Made by a program: the position numbers and the translations under genes. The notes beneath the pieces were generated by a model. That model saw nothing but the letters and a program-made list of their open reading frames with translations, had not been told where the DNA came from and made no database searches. A DNA stretch of 64,000 nt from a virus: positions 26,209 through 90,208 of the IMG/VR virus record IMGVR_UViG_3300035696_000024, one strand, 5' to 3'. Shown here in pieces: positions 55,218 through 64,000 of the stretch (position 1 is the stretch's first letter; the number at the start of each line of letters is the position of its first letter).

Positions 55218-57023
55218 GTGCGCATCAAAAAATCACAAAAGAAGCTGAGTGCTTACCGTTCCCACATGGGAATACGGGAAGGTCTTAGTTTTAGTGATTA
55301 TTTTGATGATTCTGTTCCATACGAAGTAAAACCTACTTTTGTAACTACTCCAACCGTTGAAGAAGAAATCTCAGGTCAAACAATCACAGGCTTGGGATGG
55401 TTGGATAGAAATGGTAGGTATTACAGAGTGGGTTCGGCTTCCGGCGACCATTATACATGGGGAGCAAATTATTTAACATCTAAAGGCGTACAATTTACAG
55501 AAGACACAATTGAGCAAAAAATGTATGACCTTGGGTTTATACGCATAGCTACAAATAGTCCACTAAAAAAACTTTTTTTCGAATATGATAAAAAAAATCC
55601 TCCGAACGCACTTCAATTAAGAACGTTAAGAAACTACTGCATAGAAAAAGGTTGGGAATTGGAAGATGAAACTAAATCAAGAAATCTTGAATTAGAGTCG
55701 AAAAATTATGGGTTTGTTCAACCTATTGACTATCCCACCCGTGCCAAAGATTTATTCAAAGGTCTTTGGGAAACAGAAGAATTAAAAAGAGCTGGATTTA
55801 CTTCTTTTTGGCTGGATAAAAAAGGAAATTTTATTTCGGCTGGTTCTTCGCATCTTAATTGGGCTAAATCGTATTTGTCAAAAAATCATACGGACTACGA
55901 TGAATACAGAGCATCAGAAAAAATATTTCAATTGGGCTTTATACGAGTTTCATTGTACAGGTCCTCAAAAGAAATGTATTTCGAGTATGATAAAAGGGTA
56001 GGCCCGCCAGATGAGCGTCAAATGGCAGCACTGAAAACTGCTGCAATTGAATTAGGATTTAAACTACAAGATGGAGTAAAAAACAAGGAAATAGACCTTA
56101 CAGAGTCCCTGCTATTTGAAGATATGTTAAAGGAACAATCAAGAATTTTAGCTAAAAACACCGATTATTGGTTGGACCCACAAGGAAAATTTCATGATAC
56201 AAGCATAGAAGGTAGTCACATGAATTGGGCCAAAAAATATGCGGCTTTGAAAGATGTGCCGTATCACAACGAAGGTAGCGCATACGACCCACTATTTCAA
56301 TTAGGCTTCGTTAGAGTTGTAACTGATAATCATCAAATAATGATTCAATATTCAAAACAAAGACCACCTACCAATCTTCAATGGAGAACATTAAAGGATG
56401 CAGCTATTGAGAGTGGATTATTTTTACATGATGATGTTGCAAACAAGATTATAGAACTCAAAGAATCTTTAAATTTAGGTGAAAATAGGGATAATAAAGA
56501 ACTATTTATAGAGAGTATGATGCCCAAAGACATGGATACGTTTAAATCACACTTGGCACAGTTGTTTACTTATTTACAGAAGGAATTACAACTAAAAACT
56601 GTTCCAAAGGTAAAATTGTTGTCGGATGAAAAGAACGCCAGTAAAATCTTGGGCAAAACAGCTTATTATGACCCAGATACCAGAACTGTAAATTTATACA
56701 TTACTGACCGACATCAAAAAGACATTCTTCGTTCTTTCTCACATGAAATCGTTCATCATTGGCAACACGAAAATGAAAAACTTCAAACAAGTACCACTGG
56801 TAGAAAAACAGATAAAAAAGAAGGCGAAGATCCGCAATATGCTCAACACAATCCTTGGTTGAGACAAATGGAAAAACAGGCGTATCTTCTTGGTAACATG
56901 TTATTTCGTGATTGGGAAGATAAAAAGAAAGCTCAAGACAGGAAAAGCAGCAAGAAAATGGTTGAGAAAACCTATTTGATAGGCAAGGAATATCCACCTA
57001 AAAAAATGGATTATAGTGGGTAA
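55218..57023 (+). CDS. Protein with three tandem ~95 aa domains plus C-terminal HExxH domain
   Basis: WLDxxG..H..WA...LGF.RV...PP..Q..L...IE.G three times; TAYYDP...DILRSFSHEIVHH. Confidence 0.75.
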   Translation: MRIKKSQKKLSAYRSHMGIREGLSFSDYFDDSVPYEVKPTFVTTPTVEEEISGQTITGLGWLDRNGRYYRVGSASGDHYTWGANYLTSKGVQFTEDTIEQKMYDLGFIRIATNSPLKKLFFEYDKKNPPNALQLRTLRNYCIEKGWELEDETKSRNLELESKNYGFVQPIDYPTRAKDLFKGLWETEELKRAGFTSFWLDKKGNFISAGSSHLNWAKSYLSKNHTDYDEYRASEKIFQLGFIRVSLYRSSKEMYFEYDKRVGPPDERQMAALKTAAIELGFKLQDGVKNKEIDLTESLLFEDMLKEQSRILAKNTDYWLDPQGKFHDTSIEGSHMNWAKKYAALKDVPYHNEGSAYDPLFQLGFVRVVTDNHQIMIQYSKQRPPTNLQWRTLKDAAIESGLFLHDDVANKIIELKESLNLGENRDNKELFIESMMPKDMDTFKSHLAQLFTYLQKELQLKTVPKVKLLSDEKNASKILGKTAYYDPDTRTVNLYITDRHQKDILRSFSHEIVHHWQHENEKLQTSTTGRKTDKKEGEDPQYAQHNPWLRQMEKQAYLLGNMLFRDWEDKKKAQDRKSSKKMVEKTYLIGKEYPPKKMDYSG

Positions 57024-57432
57024 TCTCATGAAAGAGTCACAATTAAGAAGTTTGATAAAAGAAATAGTAAAAAACTTGATTAAAGAAGGAATCTATATTG
57101 GTTATGATGTTGGAAAAGATTATGAAGATATAGGTCATCCAGACCTAAAAAATTTTAAAAAAAGTATAGCTATAAAAGATACTATTCTGTGGGTATGGTT
57201 GAACAATAAATTGGAAGTAAGAAGGGGTGGATATCATGCAGACCATTGGAATATGCATGAAGCTGAAGATAACTTTCGTGGTAGATACGATTGGAAAACT
57301 AAAGAATTAAGTATTAGTGTGCCTATGGAAATGAGACTGTCAAGAAATTTTAATGAACCAGAGGATATTCCTCCACAATTAATACAAGCTTTAAAACACC
57401 ACTTTGGCGATATTCCGATGTATATTTTCTAA
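57016..57432 (+). CDS. Hypothetical putative virion protein
   Basis: ESQLRSLIKEIVKNLIKE leader; YEDIGH, H.DHW, FRGRYD. Confidence 0.6.
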   Translation: MGNLMKESQLRSLIKEIVKNLIKEGIYIGYDVGKDYEDIGHPDLKNFKKSIAIKDTILWVWLNNKLEVRRGGYHADHWNMHEAEDNFRGRYDWKTKELSISVPMEMRLSRNFNEPEDIPPQLIQALKHHFGDIPMYIF

Positions 57433-57436
57433 CTGT

Positions 57437-57904
57437 ATGCTTCTTACTGAAATCGCCAAGGGAATTTTGTTGGAAGGAAAAGCAAGTTCTTTCATCAAAT
57501 TTTATCAAGAATTGAAACGGGGTTATAATCCAGATAACGCTATTTTGTTTGACTGTCTTACCACACTCAAAGAATACTATGAAGACTATATCAAATGGTG
57601 GAATAAATATCCGAGTAAAAAGAAAATTGATGTGGAAGTGTATCCTCATTTTCAGAAACGATTACAAGAAATAAACACAGCGTTAAATTCAGATGATGCA
57701 AGACTTAAAATAATTGCTATAGATAATGGAATTAGTCAATGGCATATTGATTTTCCCGTTGTTTGGCACTTATGGATGGATTATGGTGGTGACGAAACGG
57801 AAGAAGGAAATAAATGGGAAGAAGTTAGAGATCTACTGATAAATCTTGATAAGTTGCCGAGTGATAGTCCATATAAAAGAAGATTAACTGAAAACAATAT
57901 ATAA
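57437..57904 (+). CDS. Hypothetical protein
   Basis: Likely start MLLTEIAKGILLE at 57437. Confidence 0.6.
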   Translation: MLLTEIAKGILLEGKASSFIKFYQELKRGYNPDNAILFDCLTTLKEYYEDYIKWWNKYPSKKKIDVEVYPHFQKRLQEINTALNSDDARLKIIAIDNGISQWHIDFPVVWHLWMDYGGDETEEGNKWEEVRDLLINLDKLPSDSPYKRRLTENNI

Positions 57905-57917
57905 AAAAGGAACCTTT

Positions 57918-58367
57918 ATGAATGACTTCAATCAAAGTGAAACTCAACTGACTATGGAATTTGAAGAATATCCAGAGTTAAAGACGAGTATCATTCCTGA
58001 TTTCAATCAGGTAATTTCTAAAAAAATAGATACCATCAAACAAAATAATAGTTTTGATCCACATAAATTGATGGTTCAAAAAAAACAAATAAACGATGGA
58101 GAGGTAGAAAATACAACACCAAAACAAACGTGGCTTGAAAAAGATATGAAGACATTGGAAGATTTTTGCAAGCAACATGGAATTGTTGGATTCAATTGTG
58201 GTAGAATGTCACCAATTGCTGCTCTAGCATTTCTAAAACAAAGTCTTGGTATTGTTGACGCTCCATTGGAAGAAAGAGTACCTTATGGATATGAAAAAAT
58301 AGGTGGAAATAATCCAAATTATCCATATACAAATGTGGCAAAGAAAAAGATGATTCTCAATGGTTAA
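57918..58367 (+). CDS. Hypothetical protein
   Basis: 149 aa ORF, AAGGA upstream. Confidence 0.6.
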   Translation: MNDFNQSETQLTMEFEEYPELKTSIIPDFNQVISKKIDTIKQNNSFDPHKLMVQKKQINDGEVENTTPKQTWLEKDMKTLEDFCKQHGIVGFNCGRMSPIAALAFLKQSLGIVDAPLEERVPYGYEKIGGNNPNYPYTNVAKKKMILNG

Positions 58368-58400
58368 ACCTATTTATAGGTAGTTACGGAAAGAAACGTT

Positions 58401-59411
58401 ATGAAAAACATCAAATCCTCAATATTAAAACAAGTAGCTGTTTCACTGATAATTGCATCATTATTAGTGGGATGTTCAACCGTCAAGGGTATTTTTGGCA
58501 AATCTGCAACAGCCGAACAAAAATCTGCACAAAAGATTAATTTGGCGCAGAATGAAATTGCACAAAATACAAGTGACCAATTGTATCAAATATCCGATTT
58601 GTCTTTTGGTGTGGGTTATTCATTGAATCAATCCATCAACGATGACCCTGCTGTTACAGCGGCTGCAGCGTTGAATACCAGAGTTCAAAACATTGCTGGT
58701 CTTCCCGATCTTGACGACCAGAAATCAATGACAGCCTTGGCAGATGCTTTGATAAATGGAAATGGTGCTAAAGCATTGGCAGAAAAAGACAAGGAAATAT
58801 CCGACCTTCAATCCGAAAAGAAGGATTTACTTGCTAACAAGGACAAGGCTATTGCTGATTACATGAATTTAGCAGAAAAAACTGCTTTGAAAACCGATAC
58901 ATTGTCAAGTCAATTGGCTTCTTACACATCATATTGGGGTCTTGGAGCCGTAGCAAAAGGCTTGTGGAGTTTCGCCAGTCATATTTTCTGGGTATTGTTA
59001 ATTGGTGGTGTTTTATACATTGCTTTAAGATTACTAGCAGATACAAATCCAACTGCAGCTGCAGTGTTTAGTATATTTACAAGAATTGGTTCATTGTTCA
59101 TTCAAGCAATTGAATATATTGCTCCAAAGAGCATAGCTGAATTGGAATTGATTTCCAGTGATGCATACAAAGATCTTGAAACCGAATACAATAATTTGAA
59201 GAATTCAATAATAGCTGCTGCTGTGACACCTGTTGCAACAAAAACATCAACAACTTCAGCACCAACAGCTACTTCGACTCCTACAAGTGGAAGTGTGGTT
59301 TCTACTGCTTCTAATGTAGTACCTACCACATCCACCATTGTTGTCACCACTACTGCTAACGCTATAACACCTACGTCAGGAAGTGCAGAAGCCGTGAGCG
59401 GTAGTCATTAA
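58401..59411 (+). CDS. Lipoprotein with coiled coil, TM helix and Thr/Ser-rich tail (spanin-like architecture)
   Basis: Lipobox LLVG-C, TM IFWVLLIGGVLYIALRLL; TATTTATA 58371-58378. Confidence 0.65.
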   Translation: MKNIKSSILKQVAVSLIIASLLVGCSTVKGIFGKSATAEQKSAQKINLAQNEIAQNTSDQLYQISDLSFGVGYSLNQSINDDPAVTAAAALNTRVQNIAGLPDLDDQKSMTALADALINGNGAKALAEKDKEISDLQSEKKDLLANKDKAIADYMNLAEKTALKTDTLSSQLASYTSYWGLGAVAKGLWSFASHIFWVLLIGGVLYIALRLLADTNPTAAAVFSIFTRIGSLFIQAIEYIAPKSIAELELISSDAYKDLETEYNNLKNSIIAAAVTPVATKTSTTSAPTATSTPTSGSVVSTASNVVPTTSTIVVTTTANAITPTSGSAEAVSGSH

Positions 59412-59507
59412 GTTAAAATAAGTTTTTTGACCTTTTTTGATATAAAAACTTGTAATTTACACAATCCTAAGACATAATGGCAATATTGACACTACATATA
59501 GTGTGAT

Positions 59508-59801
59508 ATGAATAAATTCTATATACAGGATTCAACGATAGGTAGGTATGTCACCTTTCCAACGGTGCCAGACCTTGTTAGATACTTAAATGATATGATA
59601 CCCCGTGCGTTTCATATATCAAGGGACCAATATGTTCAAAATCTTTTAGATTTGGGATATGGGTATGATGATAGGGATGGCGTTATGCTTACACGCGCAA
59701 TGGCGGAGCAATTCAACATGGGAGTTATCAAGAATGGTGCCTACGTTAGAACTGATGTTCACACGGTTGCAGCTTTTCAAAAAGAAGAATACGGCAATTA
59801 A
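59508..59801 (+). CDS. Hypothetical protein
   Basis: 97 aa; TACATATA 7 nt upstream. Confidence 0.6.
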   Translation: MNKFYIQDSTIGRYVTFPTVPDLVRYLNDMIPRAFHISRDQYVQNLLDLGYGYDDRDGVMLTRAMAEQFNMGVIKNGAYVRTDVHTVAAFQKEEYGN

Positions 59802-59828
59802 TAACAAGTGTAGGTCATTTGTTATAGA

Positions 59829-61457
59829 ATGATAAACTTGGATATTCAATGGAGCGACCCCTATCAATGGGAAAACAAAGATGGCGAACTCATGTGGCGC
59901 CGTGCGTGGAAAATCCCTGTTGAATATCGTCCTTCATTCTTTGCTTTCTGGAATGGTGCCAAATATAAGATGTGGAATGAAGGGTTCTCCGTGTCCAAGG
60001 TGGACGACCATTGGTATCTTTATGAAACCAAAGTTTGTATAGAAAATTTCAGTGAAGTTGGTGGCCAGAAACCGCCCTCCCCTCCCATAGAGGCTGAAGA
60101 ATTTTGGCTACCCCCCTACAAGGTTGAAAACGAAAACGGTCTTAGGCCTTGGCAAATAGAATCTGTAAGTAAACTGGTAACAGCCATCAATAAAACAGGA
60201 TGTGCCATTGATGGTTCCGATGTAGGTGTTGGCAAAACGTATGTAGCGTGTGCCGTTGCTAGAGAACTTAAAATGAAAATGATGGTGGTGTGTCCAAAAG
60301 CCGTCATAGAACCGTGGCGCCGTGTTGTAATTGACCATTTTGGGTTGAAAGATTCATTGATTGGTATAATTAATTATGACCAAATTCGAATAGGTAAAAC
60401 AGAATCTCCTTTTGCTTCATACGTTGAAAACAGAAAAACACATAAACGAAAGTTTATATGGAAAATTCCAAAAGATACGTTAATTATTTGGGATGAATCA
60501 CAAAAACTTAAAAATTGGAAAACCAAAAATTCAAAAACGTGCATTGAAGCACTCAAGCAAAATTACAAAATGTTATTTTGTTCAGCAACCAATGCAACCA
60601 ATCCTCTTGAGCTTAGAACCGTGGGCACTTGTTTAAAGTTATTCAAAGGTGCTACAGCTTATTATCAGTGGTGCTACGAACACGGTGTCTTTAGAGGTCG
60701 TTTTGGTCTGGAGTTTACCGCAGATATGAAACTTAGGCAAAAGGTTTTAAAGAAATTACACACCGATATTTTTATCAACAGGGGCGTCAGATTAACCCGC
60801 GATACAATTCCTAATTTTCCTGAATCTGAAATTATTGCTGAATGTTATAACATGGATGATTCAGAAGTCAGAAAAATAAATGAATGTCATTCTGAAATGC
60901 AAAAGGAATTGAAGGAATTGGCTAAATTAACCAAAACTGACAAAGCTAGTGAATTGACTGCAATTCTTAGAGCAAGACAACAAATTGAATTGATTAAGGT
61001 CCCTCTATTTATAGACATGATTGAAGAGGGGTTGGAAAATGGTATGTCGGTGGTGGTTTTTGTCAATTTCACCGAAACTCTTCGAGCCATAGCAAAAAGA
61101 ATGAATACTTCATGTATTTTTGATGGTAAGACCAAAGATGAAGTCCGTCAACAAAGCGTGGATGATTTTCAATCTGGTAAAGAGAAGGTAATTTTGGTAA
61201 ATATAGCAAGTGGTGGTGCTGGGCTGTCTCTTCATGATATAAATGGTCTTAATCCGCGTTTAACATTGATTTCACCAAGTTATTCAGCTGTGTTGATGAG
61301 ACAAGCTACAGGCAGAGTATGGAGAGAAAATGCTAAAAGCAAAAGTGTTCAAAAAATAATGTTTGTGGCGGGAACAGTTGAAGAACAAGTTTGTGACAAA
61401 GTAAAGGAGAAACTGAAAAACCTAGACCTTCTAAATGACGGTGACTTGGAGATTTGA
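59829..61457 (+). CDS. Superfamily 2 (SNF2-like) helicase
   Basis: DVGVGKT, VCPK, WDESQ, SAT, SGGAGLSL, QATGRVWR. Confidence 0.85.
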   Translation: MINLDIQWSDPYQWENKDGELMWRRAWKIPVEYRPSFFAFWNGAKYKMWNEGFSVSKVDDHWYLYETKVCIENFSEVGGQKPPSPPIEAEEFWLPPYKVENENGLRPWQIESVSKLVTAINKTGCAIDGSDVGVGKTYVACAVARELKMKMMVVCPKAVIEPWRRVVIDHFGLKDSLIGIINYDQIRIGKTESPFASYVENRKTHKRKFIWKIPKDTLIIWDESQKLKNWKTKNSKTCIEALKQNYKMLFCSATNATNPLELRTVGTCLKLFKGATAYYQWCYEHGVFRGRFGLEFTADMKLRQKVLKKLHTDIFINRGVRLTRDTIPNFPESEIIAECYNMDDSEVRKINECHSEMQKELKELAKLTKTDKASELTAILRARQQIELIKVPLFIDMIEEGLENGMSVVVFVNFTETLRAIAKRMNTSCIFDGKTKDEVRQQSVDDFQSGKEKVILVNIASGGAGLSLHDINGLNPRLTLISPSYSAVLMRQATGRVWRENAKSKSVQKIMFVAGTVEEQVCDKVKEKLKNLDLLNDGDLEI

Positions 61458-61459
61458 TT

Positions 61460-61903
61460 ATGTCTGTAAGAATAGTGGAAATTAAACCAAAATATGCAGA
61501 TTATGTTGGAAACATAATAAGTTTAAGGTGGGAAATTTATAAAGGTGAATACTCACATATTGTTCCCGGTTATTTGTCTAAAAAGAAGGAATCCAAATGT
61601 TTCGTAGCTGTTGAAAATGGAAAACCTATTGGTATGGGAGCATTTCATATCAACAACGATGTTGGAGTGGATTTACATCCGTGGTGTGCTGGTTTGTGGG
61701 TGGAACCTGAAAAAAGAGGAAACGGTCTGGGATATAAGCTGACACTTAAAAGATTTGCATGGGCAAGAAAACTAGGATACAAGATAATATACTTGGACAC
61801 CGTTGATGCAGATGAATACCATTTAAAATTTGGGTGGAGATACACAGGTATCACAGGATTATTTCACGGTGAACCAACAACAATCATGGAGCATGATTTA
61901 TAA
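61460..61903 (+). CDS. GNAT acetyltransferase
   Basis: PWCAGLWVEPEKRGNGLG, IYLDT, YHLKFGW. Confidence 0.85.
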   Translation: MSVRIVEIKPKYADYVGNIISLRWEIYKGEYSHIVPGYLSKKKESKCFVAVENGKPIGMGAFHINNDVGVDLHPWCAGLWVEPEKRGNGLGYKLTLKRFAWARKLGYKIIYLDTVDADEYHLKFGWRYTGITGLFHGEPTTIMEHDL

Positions 61904-61904
61904 T

Positions 61905-62303
61905 ATGAAAAAAGATATGAAAGTGTCAACGCTTAAAAAAGTAGTCGTAAAATGTTCGGACTTCTGGATGGATGAATTTGAAATAGATTCAGAAGTATTC
62001 GATGATATTTACGTTGAAGCAGCCACCCGAGCTATTGAAAAAAGAAAAGATTCACCGGGGTTCAAGGTTACTGTCATTCTTGAATGTTGGGAAAAGAAGG
62101 ATTTTAAAAGACCGGAAAGACACTTTTGTTATAACACCTATCGTGTTTTAATCAATGCTGGAATGCATGACAAAGCTGAAATGCTTAGAATTAATTTTAT
62201 GAAAATGCATGGTATTGACCTTCAAAAAGAAAGTTTGAAAGGAGAAAATGGAAACACAACAGCCCAATCAGGTAGTAATGGTGGCGACACAGACGGAAAG
62301 TAA
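61905..62303 (+). CDS. Hypothetical protein
   Basis: Likely ATG at 61905. Confidence 0.55.
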   Translation: MKKDMKVSTLKKVVVKCSDFWMDEFEIDSEVFDDIYVEAATRAIEKRKDSPGFKVTVILECWEKKDFKRPERHFCYNTYRVLINAGMHDKAEMLRINFMKMHGIDLQKESLKGENGNTTAQSGSNGGDTDGK

Positions 62304-62982
62304 AGTTCTGGACACTGTAGTAAGAGAGTTACAAGAGGTCAAGAAAAAGATTGCAAATCTTGAAAATAAAACTGTTTTGGAAGCATTACAACTTCCGGAA
62401 GAAGATTTGAAATCCATAGGTATAATCAAGGAAGACCCAAGAAGAATTCGCAAAGGCAGAGGTGCCAGACCGCTTCTTGAATCAGAAATAAAAGAAGCTC
62501 AAGAACATTGTAATAATGCTACAGCCTGTGCTAAGTATCTCAACGTAGGATATAATTGTTATAAGAAGTGGGCAAAGACCTACAACATATTCAAAACAAA
62601 TCCTTGGGGAAAGGGCGACAGAAAAAGATATTGGGCTCCAGATAAAGGTAAATATCCACTCAATCAAATAATTGAAGGTAAATTTCCAAATTATCCCATT
62701 TATAGGCTTAAAGATTTACTTATACGGAGTGGCACCAAGAAGGCGGAATGTGAAAGATGCCATCACAACGAGCATCGTATAACCGATAATAAAATGCCAT
62801 TATTGATAAGTTTCAAGGATGGCAATGAAAAAAATCATCTACTTGAAAACATAGAAATATTATGCTACAATTGTATGTTTTTAACTGGACGGGGATACAT
62901 ACGCAGAGGTAAAGTTGAATTTAATTTTTTAGACCCCGACAGAATTCAAGGTTCTTCTCGAAAGATTGAGGCTCGATTTTAA
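62248..62982 (+). CDS. HTH plus degenerate HNH/Zn-finger protein
   Basis: ACAKYLNVGYNCYKKWA HTH; CERC...KDGNEKN..LENIEILCYNC. Confidence 0.65.
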   Translation: METQQPNQVVMVATQTESKVLDTVVRELQEVKKKIANLENKTVLEALQLPEEDLKSIGIIKEDPRRIRKGRGARPLLESEIKEAQEHCNNATACAKYLNVGYNCYKKWAKTYNIFKTNPWGKGDRKRYWAPDKGKYPLNQIIEGKFPNYPIYRLKDLLIRSGTKKAECERCHHNEHRITDNKMPLLISFKDGNEKNHLLENIEILCYNCMFLTGRGYIRRGKVEFNFLDPDRIQGSSRKIEARF

Positions 62983-63004
62983 TTCATTCTATTTATAGGA
63001 CAGA

Positions 63005-63445
63005 ATGCAAACAGCAAATCACATCCTAGCAAAAGAGGGTATTTTAACCACGTTCTCAATAGCTAAAAAAGTAACCGCGAAAGATGTAAAAAAACTTCGT
63101 GAAAAGTTGAAGACTGCGAAGATGGACTCTGACCAATTAAAAGAGTTGTTAAGAAGTGCGGTTATAAAAGAAACACAGGCTGATATTGCATCCCATAAAA
63201 TTCCGGGATTGATACTCGCTGGGGTGGAAGAAAATGAAGAGAAGAAAAGAATAATGGAGTTGACATATTTTGCTTCGGTTATAGCTAAAAAGTTGTCGGA
63301 GAAAAATATAGGAAAATATCACTCCTGTTATATCATTAATGCTATTGTAAATGTATTAGGATTAACGGAGGAAGATTTTGATGAATTCCACAGGAAGTTT
63401 TCAAGATTCAGAGACGGAATTGGCGGTAACGAAGAGTTGGATTAA
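63005..63445 (+). CDS. Hypothetical protein
   Basis: 146 aa; TATTTATA 62990-62997. Confidence 0.65.
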   Translation: MQTANHILAKEGILTTFSIAKKVTAKDVKKLREKLKTAKMDSDQLKELLRSAVIKETQADIASHKIPGLILAGVEENEEKKRIMELTYFASVIAKKLSEKNIGKYHSCYIINAIVNVLGLTEEDFDEFHRKFSRFRDGIGGNEELD

Positions 63446-63620
63446 TTCCGACTGGATGAAAGAATGGAGAACTCTAGCCCTTCACTCTGATTTTGGTAAA
63501 AGAGATGGTTATTGGTATTATGACCTCAATACCAAGACTTACAAGTATGTCAATCTATTATAAATTCAACGAAACACATTATAATTGTATTCTACGTTTA
63601 TCTGTAAATACGTATAATGT

Positions 63621-64000
63621 ATGAAAGTTCATAATATTCATAACATCAATCGTCCAGAAGGGACTGTAGTATTTATAACAGGCGTTACGGGCCAAGATGG
63701 TTCTCACATGGCTGATTATCTTCTTCGAGAAACGAGTGCTTCTGTTGTTGGTGGTGTAAGACGTTTAAGTGTCGAAAATCATGATAATCTCAAACATCTT
63801 GAAAATGAACCCCGTTTTCAAACAATCAATTTCGATTTGACAGATTCTCATTCAATATACAAAATTATTGAGTGTATTCAGCCGGATTATTTTATCAATT
63901 TTGCTGCCCAAAGTTTTGTAGCTTCTTCGTGGGACTTCGCTCGTCAAACATGGGAATGTAATTCTACGGCGGTTTTGGATTGCTTGGAAGCCATCAAACG
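63621..64000 (+). CDS. gmd: GDP-mannose 4,6-dehydratase, partial (not in ORF track)
   Basis: Hand translation: FITGVTGQDGSHMADYLL...FDLTD...NFAAQSFVASSW. Confidence 0.9.
   Translation, partial: MKVHNIHNINRPEGTVVFITGVTGQDGSHMADYLLRETSASVVGGVRRLSVENHDNLKHLENEPRFQTINFDLTDSHSIYKIIECIQPDYFINFAAQSFVASSWDFARQTWECNSTAVLDCLEAIK

Noticed and set aside
59215-59405. Tandem DNA repeat array
   Set aside because: Low-complexity Thr/Ser codons only, no discrete repeat unit
1359-62667. Many 60-135 aa opposite-strand or nested ORFs in the track (e.g. 2040-2324, 7457-7834, 22648-23055, 32143-32388, 48910-49308)
   Set aside because: Shadows of longer, motif-bearing genes with no independent signals
1-64000. 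Stop-codon reassignment as in some jumbo phages
   Set aside because: Recognisable genes are full length under code 11 and coding density is high; TAA, TGA and TAG all end genes

Overview
AT-rich, densely coding segment of a large (jumbo-type, T4-superfamily-like) tailed phage genome, standard genetic code. It has four main parts. (i) Replication and nucleotide genes: gp41/DnaB helicase, class II ribonucleotide reductase, gp45-like clamp, gp44/gp62-like clamp loader, dUTPase, SF2 helicase, PD-(D/E)XK exonuclease, and a family B DNA polymerase fractured into two genes around a YopX gene and a homing endonuclease. The first polymerase half appears to start at an ATT codon. (ii) A ~22 kb minus-strand glycan biosynthesis island (14.3-36.5 kb) headed by a small RHH-like regulator with a Met-box-like tandem operator. 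(iii) Five Mom/DUF4338-type GNAT-fold genes, several ending in the same 'FF' tail as the polymerase, suggesting clamp-tethered DNA modification. A small histone-fold gene, a macrodomain and a nuclease-Mom pair lie in the same replication region. (iv) Modular, probably virion-packaged proteins with L/I/V/M-x-E junctions, behind a recurring TATTTAT promoter-like motif. Many promoters sit only 3-8 nt before the ATG, implying leaderless mRNAs. No tRNA, rRNA or CRISPR array was seen. All family calls come from motif recognition by eye; no searches were run.
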